A program made the position numbers and the translations under genes. The notes under the pieces were generated by a model. That model saw only the letters and a list, made by a program, of their open reading frames with translations. It had not been told where the DNA came from and did not search any database. From assembly GCA_030390025.1 (NCBI GenBank), contig CM059438.1:64668001-64732000 (forward strand): 64,000 nt of DNA, written 5' to 3'. This document shows positions 1 through 13,336 of the stretch, piece after piece; positions within the stretch are counted from its first letter, which is position 1; every line of letters starts with the position of its first letter. This DNA comes from Squalus acanthias (lineage: Eukaryota).

Positions 1-1870
1 GCTGGTGAAAGGCTGCTGAGTTTCTGTGTGGGAGACTGGAGATGGCCTTGCAGGACGACCTCAGGCTGTTCTGGACCGTGAAGTCCCGGCTGTAGACGGC
101 ACCACCTCAGCGTGGGTGGCTTCCGCGACCAGGTGGGCAACGGAGGGACTGGAGTGCATCATCACCTCCGGGGATAGAATTTTTAACTTAATTTGTTAAG
201 TTTCCTTCTAATATGTTTTTAAATTTAGTCTTTATTGGTTGTGCCCCTTTAAAAACAGGGCACATGCTGAACTCTAAATCGGCAATTGCCGGCATTAAGA
301 AGAGTCACATGGGTGCCAGAAGTCTGGGCTGGCTGGCTAACAGGCATCAGCAAGGGCAATGGCAGAGTGGCAGTGGTGGGAACAGAAATACAGTCATCTT
401 GAGAGAGGGAGGACAGCAGGGTCCTGCTCCACTGACCCACTGCCACTCCCCCAGGGCAGCACCTCAGCATTCCTAGCAATCTGTTGGAGCTCAGATTGCT
501 GGCCTGCTGATGCACCCTACAAGCCCCAGGTCAACGGTGGTAAACCCAGCCATGATGGCAGCAGTCTGAGTTTGAATGGCACCAAGCAGAGACTGCATGA
601 GAGCAGTCTGAGCTTCCGCTGCAGCACTAAGACGCTGGGTCGCTTCCGCCCTGTGCTGCAATGGAAGCTGCCACATCGCCCATCATGTGCGCCGTCACAT
701 CTGGGTCACCACAGTCTTTCTGGGCATGTACAATCATTTCCAGGCTGGAAATTCTCAGCTCCATGCTCTGCGCAGAGCCTCGTGCAATGTTGGAGGCGGA
801 CTCCTTCATGCTCTTTGACATCGCCAAGGGGCTCTCTGGCAGGCCTGCCGTTGCACCAATCATTTCTGCGTGCATTCCCATCACCCTTCTTCTGAAGGCC
901 TCCACATCCAGCAGTCCTGTGTAGCAGAACTCGCGTGTGAACTTGCCCTCTGGGGATCTGGCCCCCACACTACCCTTTCCCCCTGGCCTTGCTGCAGCCC
1001 ACTCATGCCCAATGAGTCTCCTTGTGCAGATCCCTTATCTACACTAGTCTGTAAAGTTCGCGTAGTGCTATTTTCTGAGCTAGTGTCTGAGTGAGAGATG
1101 CAGTGACGCGGTGTCTTCTGCCTCCTCACTTTCAGCAGTGCTCTCAGAGACAGGCTGCTTGTTGATTATCTGAAAGCAGAAAGGCACAAGAGTTGGGTTA
1201 TGGTGAGGGGGGGAAAAGGCAGAAATGCATGCAAACAGCATGTGTAGCTTGAAAGGTGAGAAAAGATTGTGGGCTGAGGGGGAAGTGGGATGTGAGAAAG
1301 AGGATTAGGAATGAACATACCATTGTTGGCCACAAGGGGTTCAACCTTATTGGTGGCCACGGCCTCTACCACATGGTGCCCAATGATCACCAGTACTCTC
1401 TCCTCGAGCTGGCTTAGATGTTGAAGGGCCACTTGGCCCTCACCTGTTTTGCTCCTGCTCCCTCCGATTACGTGCAACTTTGGACTGCAAGAGAAAGTAA
1501 TGTGTGAGTGAGTTTCGTGCAATGTGTTTGGGTGATGTTCCTGCCATAGTTGAATAGCTATTGTGTGCAAGGTGTGAGATGTAGGTGAGAGTGTTGATAG
1601 GTGGAGATTGTTGCTTTGAGAGTGCTGGGAGTTTGGTGCATTGAGCAGTGTGTGAAGCTTGTGGTAAAGATGGTGGCATTTGTTGAAGCCTTCACTCACC
1701 TTCACCACCTGTGTGAGGTCATTAAACTTCTTCCTTCACTGGGTGGGCATCCTCACATCAAATGCTCCTGCCAGTTTGCAGGTACAGGATGGCCCGCTTC
1801 CTCTCCACCCAAAATACCAGTGCCTGCTGAACTTCATCAGAGAACCTACGGGCTCTCTCCCTCCATCTAG
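1..1870 (-). pseudogene. Harbinger Myb/SANT-like DNA-binding protein gene, 3 exons, frameshifted
   Basis: Exon 1 encodes QWKKKFNDLTQVVK with donor GTGAGT near 1699. Acceptor TCTTGCAG near 1487, donor GTATGT near 1320, acceptor TTTCAG near 1170. ORFs 627-968 and 491-676 match exon 3 of the 47 kb copy. Confidence 0.75.
121..307 (+). mobile_element. 5'-truncated Tx1-clade LINE 3' end
   Basis: Encodes FRDQV...GLECIIT, homologous to the end of ORF 2127-2423. Ends AGAAGAGT. Degenerate 10-bp TSD cgtgggtggc (111-120) / catgggtgcc (308-317). Interrupts otherwise colinear Harbinger sequence. Confidence 0.7.
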
Positions 1871-2058
1871 GTTCTGCCTTGATGACTAGTAACTTCTGTT
1901 CTTTGTCCTGAAGCTTCTTTACTATTGGGACAGCTAACTACCCAAACAATGAGGTTCAGCAGCATTAATGTACCTCCCCTTTAAGGAGTGGAAATAGCCT
2001 GTGGCAGTCATGACTGTGAATTCGACTGGCCCCGCTATTGGTCCACCTGTTGAGTGTA

Positions 2059-2402
2059 CTCTTCTGGTTTTGGGTGGTTAAACAAATAATCTGTAACTAA
2101 TAAAACTTTAAATAAAACTTAACAACTTAAATTAAAATTTGATTGGCCGGGGTGATGATGCACTCCAGTCCCCGCGGCGCCCAGCGGTCGCGGAAGGCCT
2201 CGAGTGTGCCGGCGGACACCGCGTGCTCCATCTCCAGGGCCACCCGGGCGCGAACATGGCCGCGGAAGAGAGGCAGGCAATCGGGCCAAACGACCCCCTC
2301 GACCACCCGCTGCCTGGACCAGTTAATGGCTATTTTGGCCAGGCCCAGGAGCAGTCCTACGAGGAGGTCCTCCGATCTGCCCGCCCCCCTCCGCACCGGG
2401 TG
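2059..2402 (-). mobile_element. 5'-truncated Tx1-clade LINE (ORF2 C-terminus plus 3' UTR)
   Basis: LLLGLAKIAINWSRQR...DCLPLFRGHVRARVALE...FRDRWAP is typical of Tx1 ORF2 C-termini. Perfect 14-bp TSD acctgttgagtgta at 2045-2058 and 2403-2416. Confidence 0.8.
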
Positions 2403-2589
2403 ACCTGTTGAGTGTAAAGCCAATGAGCATCAGTTTTAGCGCTGAAATCATGACGACAATCATGTTAATGAAGAGTGAGCATGCATGTTTCATGCTACAT
2501 CGATGATTATCAGGTGGCGCAGCTTAACCTCATTTAGTCTGAACACTGCCCATTTCTAGGCCCTAGGGTGTTTGTTGGCTTGTCTTTCT

Positions 2590-2901
2590 CTATATCCAAA
2601 CAGTGTGAGGTAGCAATAAACATGAATAGGATGCTGGGTTATGTTGCCAAATCAGTGAACCAGGGGGAGATTAGGAGAAATTATTGTATGATCTGGAATG
2701 CACTGCCTGAAAGGATGGTGGAAGCAGATTCAATAGTAACTTTTAAAAGGGAATTGGATAAATACTTGAAAGGGGAAATTTTGCAGGGCTACGGGGAAAG
2801 AGCTGGGGAGTGGGACTAATTGGAGAGCTCCTTCCAAGAGTCAGCAAAGGCATGGTGGGCCAAATGGCCTCCTTCTATGCCGTATCATTCTATGATTCTA
2901 T
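2590..2901 (+). mobile_element. CR1 LINE 3' fragment
   Basis: WNALPERMVEADSIVTFKRELDKYL followed by an (ATTCTATG)n tail. Confidence 0.85.
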
Positions 2902-3354
2902 AATTCTTTGGTTCCAAAAAGAGATGTTATGCAGCAGATCTTAGAAAGGTCTTACACAAGTATATAAAATCGTTAAGAGAACATGGAAAATGCTTTCAGA
3001 CAGGCAGTTGGGTAGAAAACAAATGTCATAGATTGCTGCACAGGACATGATCTAAATCTCACAGTGGAGCTGTAATGGTCTTCCAAGTAACTGAACAACT
3101 GCTGCATTTGTACTTCTACATTTAATGAATGAAAAAACCCAATTATAGTCTATACTTTAGCCCAATGAAACCTTCCCTGACAAGATATTATGTAAGTAGG
3201 AATTCTACATTCTGAGCCCTCTCAGTACATTATACCTAATGGACGAAAAAATGGTTTCAGCTGATGGATGTCACATCCTGTACATCTCAGTAGCTGCTTG
3301 AGATGCTCCTCAGATTGTAAGGTGAAAGTGCTGCTTGTTAAGTGCGTTGACTGA

Positions 3355-3641
3355 GTCCATCCCCGACTTCCTTCACTCCACCGTTGGCGGCCGTGCCTAC
3401 AGCCATCTAGGCCCTAAGCTCTGGAATTCTCTCCCTAAACCTCTCCGCCTCTCCACCTGTCTCTTCTCCTTTAAGACGCTCCTTAAAACCTACCTCTTTG
3501 ACCAAGCATTCGGTCACTTATCCTAATGTCTCCTCTTTGGCTCTGTGTCAATTTCTGTCTGATTACGCTCCTGTGAGGCACCTTGAGGCGGTTTACTACG
3601 TTAAAGGCGCTATATAAATGTAAGTTGTTGTTGCTGTTGTT
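3355..3641 (+). mobile_element. L2 LINE 3' fragment
   Basis: STVGGRAYS..GPKLWNSLP...FKTLLKTYLFDQAF, then tail aaaggcgctatataaatgtaag(ttg)n. Confidence 0.85.
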
Positions 3642-6231
3642 GCAATGAAACAAACATCGAGGAGGATTTTCCCTGTGTCCTCTGTGTAACAAAGCAGTAA
3701 AGATTTTCCTTATAAACGACTTTATGGTTTAGCTGCAGAGAACATAGAGGAAATCTTCCTCCTCACAGAAACCATAATAGGAGCGTGTCAGCACTCGGGC
3801 CTTGAACTGGAACCTGCTTATATTTATTGAAAACAAACTAACGAATCAGGAACAATCAATGTGGTGTCCTTAGAAAAATATTTTTTCCCCAACTTGGAAG
3901 GATAAAAGTGAATTTTGGAGTGCAAACTAGAGGTCATTTTTTTTAGCAGTTGCCATATCAACTGAATAGCAGTTGTAAAGCATCAGCCCAAGTATAGTTG
4001 CAAGGGACTGCAGGTAATGCCTTACACAGTACACAGCAAAATCATCCAGCCTACTGCCATTTAGGGCTTAAATGTTAACGCAAGGTAACTATGTGCCTTT
4101 ACTACCCAAACAATAATGTGATTCAGTGCATTTGCTATTGTCAATTTACTACCCATAGTAAATGAATAAATCCAATGGGCTATAATAATAAAATTCAATA
4201 GTTTAACAGCAGGAAATAGCCTACCAGTGGTCTTTGATAACGAGGCTCTTTCATTTCACACCAAAGAGAACTGAAGCCACATGACATGTAAATATCACTA
4301 AGGTGTGACAAGTACAAACATTATAATGATTAATAAAGGAGAAATAATGGGAATAAAAACCATTTACTGCCAGCAAGTGAGCATAAAAATGGATATGTTA
4401 AAAGTAACTAACTTTGCCTAACTAATGGTGAGGGATACAGAGGACCGTGGAAAGTAAATTAGCGATGTAATTGCTGCTTTTTGCCAAGTTCAGAACCAGG
4501 CAAGGAAAAGGATCATGACGTGAATTCTGATTTCTTTTTGCAAGACAATGCCTTGAAAACATTAATAATTAATAATTAAGATGTAGATAAGTAGCAAGGG
4601 GGCCACTATCATCTTGTCTGAGGTGGTGAAGATAAGGAGAAAGATCAAAGCGAGAAGAGGGTTTGGACACCACAGGGGTAAATTTACGAAATGGCACTCC
4701 TGGTGTGGAGCTTCGCCCACTGGAAGAGGGTATCGGGAATTTGGGCAAACGCTTCCCACGGTTTTCAATCCGTTAAAATGAAGGGATGGAAAATTGTGGG
4801 GAGCGTGGATTCCCATTGAGTAGCCCTGGTGGACAAACCTCTGTGCCGACAGCCCGAGTTGGTAAAATGACCCCTTGTAGGTGCTGTGGAATTCCAACTC
4901 TTGTTCATGGATCATAATGAAGCCCACAGACAAGACATGTGGAGAAATTCTCTTCCAGAACCTCCTCAGGGCAAAATGAAGATATGAAGGGTCATGATAG
5001 TCATGGAGATCAAGAACTGCCCCTCAAACATCCCAACCCAATAATTCACATCTGAGGTAAAGTCCTGGTATCATAGGTGATGGTTTGAAGTCTGATCTCC
5101 ACCAATTTCACCTTGGCGTCGAGCAGTTGTGTCATACTATGTAAGTCACCTCAACTCTCTTGTCTTTGCCATTCTCATCCACACATCTCGGGGACATCAT
5201 TAGACCTTCAGAGAATGCTTGAATGAAGAGGCTAGCAGGTCTATTGGGATAACATTGAGGCTAATGTGTCATTGTTCAGCTGGCTTTTTTTAGTATGGTC
5301 CACCATTTAATAACCCAGCTAATATTTCAATCATTGTGCACTAGCAGAATACACCTCTGAGTAAATGCGAGCTTGTGATAATGATATCAATGCACAAAAG
5401 TCACCATCCACTAGAGGCAGTGAATGGGCAGTAACACTACCACAGCCAAGATTCTGTTCCCAACATTGACATTCCTTCAGATTTACTTGTTAAAAAATAA
5501 ATAATGCTTCTGCATGTTGTTTCTATAATTCAACCTCCTTAAAACAAGATCCTGATAAATTGGCAGCAAAAGACTTGGAGCACTACATCTCTCTTTTATT
5601 AACTTCTTATGAATATTGAACAGGCAATAGCCATCTATTGTGGAATGCATATGTTTATTTTCCTTTTATCATTTTGACATTGCCTTCTAATAGAAAAGAT
5701 GCAAGACCCACTTCATACTGTAGAAAGTCTATACCATGTCACTCTGCACTTATATTAATGGGGGCCCTTGTTCCTTGTTGACATTTCTTACTTTGCATAC
5801 GCTAATGGCAGAAAATAAGTAGATGAAAGCTCTGCAAATCAATATAAATGCTGATCAGAATTCATGGTGAGTTCCAGTTCAGCCTGAGTTGGTTGCACTG
5901 TGTAAATCTGACAGTAGGTTTCACTTGCACAACACATGAAAGTGTCTTTTTCCCATCATTTTCTGTTAGTCCAACTTTGTTTTTTGAATTGATTTTATAT
6001 TCCGCACTGATTCTGAACTGTGCTCACTGTCTATCGGCAGGGAGAAGAGGGAGTCAGCTGGTAGGCCCGAGAGCTTATTTACTTCTTGTCCTCACCGAAA
6101 GTGATTTACTTCTTTGTCTTCACCCAACATCTCGGGTCTAAAATATGAGTGGGTAATAGGATGGCCAAATTTTTGTCAAGTTCAGAACAGTATTGGCTTG
6201 AAAGCCCTACAACTTTTAGAGAATTCTCTGT

Positions 6232-6430
6232 TCCTCCAACTCTGGCCTCTTGTGCGTCCCACACTTCCGTCACTCCACCATCAGCGGCCGTGCCTTCAGC
6301 TGTCCAGGCACTAAGCTCTGGAATATCCTCCCCAAACCTCTTTGTCTCTCCACCTCTCTTTCTCCTCCTTTAAGACCATCCTTAAAATCACCCTCCTTGA
6401 CCAAGCATTTGGTCACCCGTCTAATGTTTT
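6232..6430 (+). mobile_element. L2 LINE 3' fragment
   Basis: STISGRAFSCPGTKLWNILP; homologous to 3355-3641. Confidence 0.8.
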
Positions 6431-7137
6431 CTTTAGCGCTGATGAAAATTCATTGAAAACCTTCACGGTTAATGCCTCTGTATCACAAGGTGTGGAAGTT
6501 TAGAATAAAAACAGATGCCTGATGTGCAGGTTACATTGTAGAAACTGCAAATCGGTATTCTCAACAATTGGACTGTCCGGTTAAAAAAATATGACGGCAA
6601 ACCTCATACATCGCCTGCTGTCAACACCATCACTGATGTAGCTCTAATTTGCAGGGTGGCGAGGGGTGGGGGGGGGCGGGGGTGGTTGCGGTGGCAGGGA
6701 CATTCTGGTGCCCGTGGAGTTGAGTCCTTTGACAGACGTTCGCCATGGGTCAGCACATACCAAATAGGGACCTGGCGAGAATGTGAAAACGCTCCTATGT
6801 GCACTGCTGGATCTCATGAATAATTGACAACAGAATAAGTGGCTCGTTCTGCAGCTCAAGTGAACAGCCTTGTGTTTCAAATCAATTCATTTTGGTTGGA
6901 ATAGACCTGATCTTGATTAGAGGGTACAGGGTTGTGACAAGTGTCAGACAAAGTGTGTGGTAAAGATGCTGTATCATTTTGATGATAAATTTCACCGCAA
7001 GACAGATTCAGTGAGGTTGTGCATCTGGCATGAAATCTCGCTCATAGCGAGGGCTATACCACATAACCCCTGATTCTCTGACCTATGCTTACGTCTCACA
7101 AGGTTCTGCATCAGAAGTAATGCCTTGCTGAATTTAT

Positions 7138-8854
7138 GGGAGTAATTTTTCGGGGGCTCAGCTTGGTGGCAGGTCAAGTGGGAATTTGTTTTTTCTGACA
7201 GCGGGTCAGGAACCCGCTGTCATCCCGTCGCGATGCAACTTTCCCAAATGTCGGGTCTGTCAGGGCTGAACTGACCCAACACACAGCAGTGGGGGAGGCA
7301 ATTTAGGTCATTATGACCTTGTTAATAGTCCATTAATTTTGAGTTCACCTTACCATTTTACGAGGTCACCCATGGGGTCCACACTGCTCAGGGATCACGT
7401 CAGGTAAGGAGGTCGGGAGTTGAATCAGCATGGGAACATCTCATTACTTGACAGCTGCAAATGTGCTATAAAAGCTCGCATCTCAGAGCTGTTCACTTTC
7501 CAAGCTCAGAAGCTGTTGCTTACTGCATTTGGAAGACAGATTGAGTTTTCTGCAGGTTGCAAGTGTTTGGAGCCAACTCTCTATCCAGTGTCACCTCGTT
7601 GGAACAACCTCTCTCACCATTGACAGATCGCTTCTGTCATCTCAACTTCACCTGCCATCTATTACATCATCATCGGTGCCCTTGAAATTATTTCACCTTG
7701 GTCCTCAGAATCCCACCACGATCAGCCCCAACACCAGCAGCACCAGGCACACCAGCAGCACCAACAACAACACCAACCTTCTCCGCAATCAACTGATACT
7801 GCCCAGGACAGAGGGCATCAGCACCCGACCGTATTGCTGCCCGGGATGCCAGGGATGGCCTCACCATGGCCATATTTACTTCACTTGATGCTGTACACCC
7901 TGGCTGCCACATAATGCGCCAGGTTGGCACCAACCCACACCAACACCATAAAGCATCCCCACAATGCCCAAGCCATTCCTTTCACACTTATGGTCATTGC
8001 GGGGGGTACCGTTATGTCTCATCATTCACTGCAACTCACTAAGCCACTTCCAAAGGTGCACACAAATCTGTCCAAAAATGCAAAGTGTTGAAAATAATGG
8101 TTTCAATGTTTGACACCACATTAATAGAAACTTTATATGAACATTGGCTAAAACGTCCAAGTGCCTACTCTTGTGTGTTGTTAGTTAGTATGATTGGACT
8201 GTAAGGGGTGGCTAGTGAGATGGAGAAGTGATAATGTAGATAGAGAGGGCTAGGTGGAGGTACAAGGTAAGTTGGTATGAGTAAAGATGTGCAGGAGTAG
8301 GGTAGGGAAGGCAGAGTGCTGGGGATGTGATGAGTGGCACAGCAGGATGAGGTTGAGTGTGGTTTTGCAGTAACGTTTCGTGATCTACTGAGATCATTGA
8401 AAGGTTTACGCCACTGCAGCCTGGTCATCCTGATGACATCCCTGCTTGTGTCCTCTTGTGCAATGTGCAACCAGGCTGCGTTGGTCTCCTGGGGAGGTCT
8501 CTTCCGCCCATTGGAAGGGAAGAGAACCTCCCTGCATGCTGTGACTCCCTCCATAAGCATCTCTGTGCCATGCTTGTCAGTATTTGCAGCACCTCAATGC
8601 TGTAGAACACTGACAGCACAACTGTCAAAATAAATTTGCACATGGTCCCTTTAAGGAAACAAGCTGATGATGCATCATCAAGTGATGTCATCAGATCCGC
8701 TTCCTTCAATTGGCCAGCAAGCTCGCTGGGCGGGCTTAACAAGCCCAATCAACGTTAAATCATTCTACAGAGTGGGCTGGAGCCAGCAGCGAGGCCGGGA
8801 CTCGCCACCGACATCGCCCACCCCGGACCCGCTGAAGTAGGGGAAATTGCGGCC
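7138..8854 (-). mobile_element. Non-autonomous Harbinger derivative with Myb/SANT exon 1
   Basis: ORF 8165-8560 (REVLFPSNGRKRP...AAWLHIAQE...QWRKPFNDL) is a Myb/SANT trihelix. Imperfect TIRs GGGAGTAATTTT / GGCCGCAATTTC with tat/taa flanks. Confidence 0.65.
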
Positions 8855-9487
8855 TAAATTTCTGAACTGAGGCAATCCTATGAATATTTACTTCCTGCTA
8901 ATAACTCTGCCTTTTCCTTGCTGGTGGCCATAGCAGAAGTGACCAGCTGATGTCGCAGAGATCAAACACCCCGCTCACCCACATATTTAGCTCACTTAAT
9001 TTTAAATGGGAGCAAAAATGTCTATACCTGCTGGGAACCTCATACACAGTCAGAAGGTTGGAAAAGGTAGAACATTTTCTTTTTCTTCTACGTCTTCTAA
9101 CCATTACCTCATGTTATAAAATGTTACTGCATTTCCCTCCGAATTCCAATTCACATGAGACAATTTTGGGATCAGGCCTGAAAATTTACTTGCACATTTA
9201 ATCAGGAGTCCCTGGTCATGGGAAATAAACTGCACATAAAATGCTGCAGTTTTACAGAAGTACATGCTGGGGTCCTGCTTCAACAGTGGAATTGATGCAG
9301 AAATGCTGTCCAGAGTCTTGTTTTGGATTCTCCCTGGAGTCGGTCTCGTTGCTATGGTAACAGTGTTGTGCAGAAGTCTTCCCCAAATATATATATGCAA
9401 TTAATTGGATCCACTTCTCTACATTTAGGGTTAAGAATCTGACTGAAGCATTAATTTAAACTCGAGAGGAGCTAGTGTAAATACTAA

Positions 9488-9630
9488 GGCCTAGAAATTT
9501 GGGCGCGTCATATTTTGTGCGTACAGGTGGCACAGAGGACAGTCCCTACGCCTGAATGGTGAGGCCCGAGGCATCCCCAATATTGGGCCTCGAGTCTCAT
9601 TTCCTTGCATCACAAACATAGCCTGCCCGA
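9488..9630 (+). mobile_element. Harbinger-type terminal fragment, same family as 38662-39193
   Basis: Starts GGCCTAGAAATT. ccctacgcctgaatggtgaggcccg is the reverse complement of ~39139-39163. Confidence 0.6.
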
Positions 9631-10321
9631 CCAGATCTTTTCCACCTGTTTCTCTTTCCTGCCGTCTGGCCTATCATTGGAGTATTTGCAAACTGACATT
9701 AAAGAAAATAAAAAGAATGTACCAATGGAGACTGAGGGATTTAAATAAATAATTCTGAAATTATTTTACCTTGGCAGCTTGGGTTAAAAGGGAAAATTAT
9801 TTAAATTAACATGAATATAGATGCAATATTAAGCTACAATATCAAGAAATGTATTGACGTGTCGAGTCACCAGATATTCACGGCATATCACTTGGAATGT
9901 TTAGCTGTGACCTTTGGAACCATAGTTTTTTTTTAGCCCGTAAGGAGACCATTCAGCCCATTGTGTTTGGGGTGGCTTTTGTGCTAGTGTAATCCAAAGC
10001 GAATCCAAAGGGCCTACTCTCTCCCCACAGCCCTGTATCTTCTCCGCTTTGACTGTTTTCCGACTTTTCACTTAAAAGATACAATGATCTCTGCCTCACT
10101 CACTCGCTGTGGCAAAGCATTTCCGTGCTCCAATAACTGCCTGCGTCTTAAACCGAAGTGGGAAATCCTTTTGATCCTCTCACATAGGGGGCTCTGAAAT
10201 GACCGTTGCAGATATTAGCCGGCAAAGCTTAAGATGTTCGTATGACCATCCTTTGCCCATTATTTTAGCAGAGACATTGCCCCATTTAAACTAACCAAGT
10301 TGACATCGATGTTAAAATAAT

Positions 10322-10745
10322 AAAGAAAGAACTTACATTTGTACAGTGCTTTATGTCCTCAGGACCTTCTAAAGTGCTTTGCAACCAATTTATTAGCTTT
10401 TTTTGAAGGCCAGTCGCTGTTGCATATAAACACATGCGGCAGATGATTTAAACATAGCAGGATCTCACAAACAACACCTGAATGTGTAACCGGATCATCT
10501 GTTTTTTGATGGTGTTGGTTAAGGTACACGTGTAGGCTAGGTCATGAGATGAACGCTTGGCTCCTCTTTGAATCATCTACCCGAATAGGGAGACTGGGCC
10601 TCTGTTCATCAACTCATCCAAAAGATGAATTGCACGTCCCACAATTCAGCACTCCCTCAATACCGCATCGGGGTGTCAGCCGAGAATATGGGCTCAAGTG
10701 CAGGGTAAAGTTTGAGCCCACAATCGTATGAGTCAGAGGTGAAAG
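10322..10745 (-). mobile_element. Degraded DeuSINE (SacSINE1-like)
   Basis: Colinear but diverged match to 44931-45400. Confidence 0.6.
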
Positions 10746-11407
10746 TTACATAGACTTACATAGCATTTACAGCTCAGAAACAGACCATTCGGCCAAACTG
10801 GTCCATGCTGAACCACAGAGAGTGTTGTACCATGTCAAAGGAGCATGTTAAACCTTTAATACTAACTATCCCCATCTGTATTATCCAGGCTAGTTTGTTA
10901 TATTTTAATCCAAGTAAAGAATAAATGGGAGACCTTGTTTTAAAAACTATCTACATCAGGTAAGGATATCTAGTCTTAATGTATATAATCATTGAAATTT
11001 TGGTATAGAACCTGGGAAATTTTACCCATTGTGCCTGTGCTTAACTTCACCACAGATCCAGCTATTCAAAACCCATTCCTTTGTAATAATTTCCCTCTAA
11101 TTTCCTCTTCATTTTGTGCTTGATTTTTTTTCTTCAATATACTTGAAAAGGAAAAAAATTCAGAGCTACGGGGAAAGAACGGGGGGAAGTGGGACTAATT
11201 GGATAGCTCTTTCAAAGAACCGGCACAGATTCTGTGACAATGCTGTCAGATTCTATGATAGTCACTTCTAAAACATTCATCGCCATAATAACACTTTGGA
11301 TGAAATAATTTCTTCCAACTTCCCTGAGTTTATGCACCCATGATACTGATTTACCGACTGGTAGAAATACTGCATTATTTGCTCTCTCTCAATCCCTATC
11401 CTAATTG

Positions 11408-11588
11408 AATGCTGGGTCAAAATCCTGGAACTCCCTACCCAACAGCACTGTGGGAGTGCCTTCACCACATGGACTGTAGCGGTTCAAGAAGGTGGCTCAC
11501 TACCACCTTCTCAAGGGCAATTAGGGATGGGCAATAAATGCTGGCCTTGCCAGCAACGCCCACATCCCATGAATGAATTGAAAAAAAA
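11408..11588 (+). mobile_element. Non-LTR retrotransposon 3' end (CR1/L2 group) with short poly(A)
   Basis: GSKSWNSLPNSTVG...RFKK C-terminus, AATAAA and an A-tail. A related copy lies on - at ~45935-46035. Confidence 0.65.
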
Positions 11589-11689
11589 TGCATAATAGAT
11601 CTTTCCTTTAACTTTCTTTGCTCCAATGACTTCAGCCCTAATTTCTTAAGCTTCTCATCATAACTATATCCTCCTGTAAAAGTTTAAAG

Positions 11690-12180
11690 CAGGGAATGAG
11701 GCCATTTGCTCACCATGTCTGTGCTGACTCTATGTTGGAGCTACCTAAAACCAATCCCTCTGCCGTGCTCCCTCCTCATAGCCTTATGCATTTCTCTGCT
11801 TCAAATGTTTATCCACTTCACTTAAAAGATGTTAGGGTGTCTGCCTCAACTATTCCCTGTGGCAAAGCATCCCATGCTCCAACAATACTCTGTGTCAAAA
11901 GAAAATTCCTAACCTCTCTCCTTGCTCTATTTGATCATTTTCAATTGATGACCCTTCAGCACTGACTCCCTAATCAGAGGAAATGGCCTTATCCTATTTA
12001 CTCTACCAAAAGCCCTTCATAATTCTAAAAACCTCTATTAAATCTCCTCTTGGTTTTCTCACTCCAGTGGAAGAAGTTCAGCATCTGAACTCTTTCCTCA
12101 CAACTATAGTTTCCCATCCCTGGTATCACCCTGGCAAATCTACATTGTAAGCTCTCTATGATATTTAGTGACACTTCTAT
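11690..12180 (-). mobile_element. Old CR1 3' fragment
   Basis: ESLQCRFARVIPGM..YSCEER; diverged CR1 RT C-terminus. Confidence 0.7.
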
Positions 12181-12184
12181 AATA

Positions 12185-12498
12185 TGGAGATATCTGCACT
12201 CCTCTAATTCGGGCCTCTTGAGCATCCCTGATTTTAATCGCTCCACCATTGGTGGCTCGTGCCTTCTGTTGCCTCGGCCCTAAGCTCTGGAATTCCCTGC
12301 CGAAACCTCTCTGCCTCTCTACCTCTCTCTCCTTTAAGGCGCTCCCTAAAACCTACCTCTTTCACCAAGCTTTTGGTCACCTGCCTTAATTTCTCCTTAT
12401 GTGGCTCGGTGTCAAATTTTCTTTTATGACACTCCTGTAAAGTGCCTTGGGGTATCTCACTATGTTAAAGGTGCTATATAAATACAAATTGTTATTAT
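12185..12498 (+). mobile_element. L2 LINE 3' fragment
   Basis: Matches the L2 3' end at 3355-3641, including the tail. Confidence 0.8.
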
Positions 12499-12647
12499 AA
12501 TGGGGCACTCAAAACCGTATCATTCATCATCACTCTTGAACTCTATACTCCTTATGAAACCCAAAATGACTTTATCTACCTGCAGTCACAGGAATTATGT
12601 ATTTGAATCCCTCAATTTCTGTGTTCATCCATACCCTCAGCATCTTT

Positions 12648-13336
12648 CATAGAAACATAGAAACATAGAAAAATAGGAGCAGGAGTAGGCCATTCGGCCC
12701 TTCGAGCCTGCTCCACCGTTGAATATGATCATGGCTGATCCTCTATCTCAATACCATATTCTCGCTCTCTCCCCATACCCCTTGATGTCTTTTGTGTCTA
12801 GAAATCTATCTATCTCCTTCTTAAATATATTCAGTGACTTGGCCTCCACAGCCTTCTGTGGTAGAGAATTCCACAGGTTCACCACCCTCTGAGTGAAGAA
12901 ATTTCTCCTCTTCTCAGTCCTAAATGTCCTACCCCGTATCCTGAGACTGTGACCCCTCATTCTAGACCCCCCAGCCAGGGGAAACATGCTCCCTGCATCC
13001 AGTCTGTCTAGCCCTGTCAGAATTTTATACGTTTCAATGAGATCCCCTCTCATTCTTCTAAACTCTAGTGAATACAGGCCTAGTCGACCCAATCTCTCCT
13101 CATACGACAGTCCTGGCATCCCAGGAATCAATCTGGCGAACCTTCGCTGCACTCCCTCTATGGTAAGTAAATCCTTTCTTAGGTAAGGAGACCAAAACTG
13201 CACACAGTACTCCAGGTGTGCTCTCACCATGGCCCTGTATAACTGTAGTAAGACATCCTTGCTCCTGTACTCAAATCCTCTTGCAATGAAGGCCAACATA
13301 CCATTTGCCTTCCTAACTGCTTGATGCACCTGCATG
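12648..13336 (-). mobile_element. Relatively young 5'-truncated CR1 LINE
   Basis: Open ORF 12748-13335 (HLEYCVQFWSPY, RRMRGDLIETYKI, VNLWNSLP) with a (TTTCTATG)n tail. Confidence 0.92.

Larger units (their letters stand above)
1..2563 (-). mobile_element. PIF/Harbinger DNA transposon, Myb/SANT-gene end, cut by the window edge; carries two Tx1 insertions
   Basis: Reverse complement aligns by eye with the Myb gene of 47053-51424 (EAFRRRVMGMHAEMIGA, LSQLEERVLVIIG). Terminus GGGCCTAGAAATG at 2551-2563 (-). Confidence 0.85.

Noticed and set aside
4562..5230. Moderately GC-rich unique-looking stretch with a 123-aa ORF
   Set aside because: I found no recognisable motif in the frames I read and no convincing splice-site pair. 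BLASTX would be needed.
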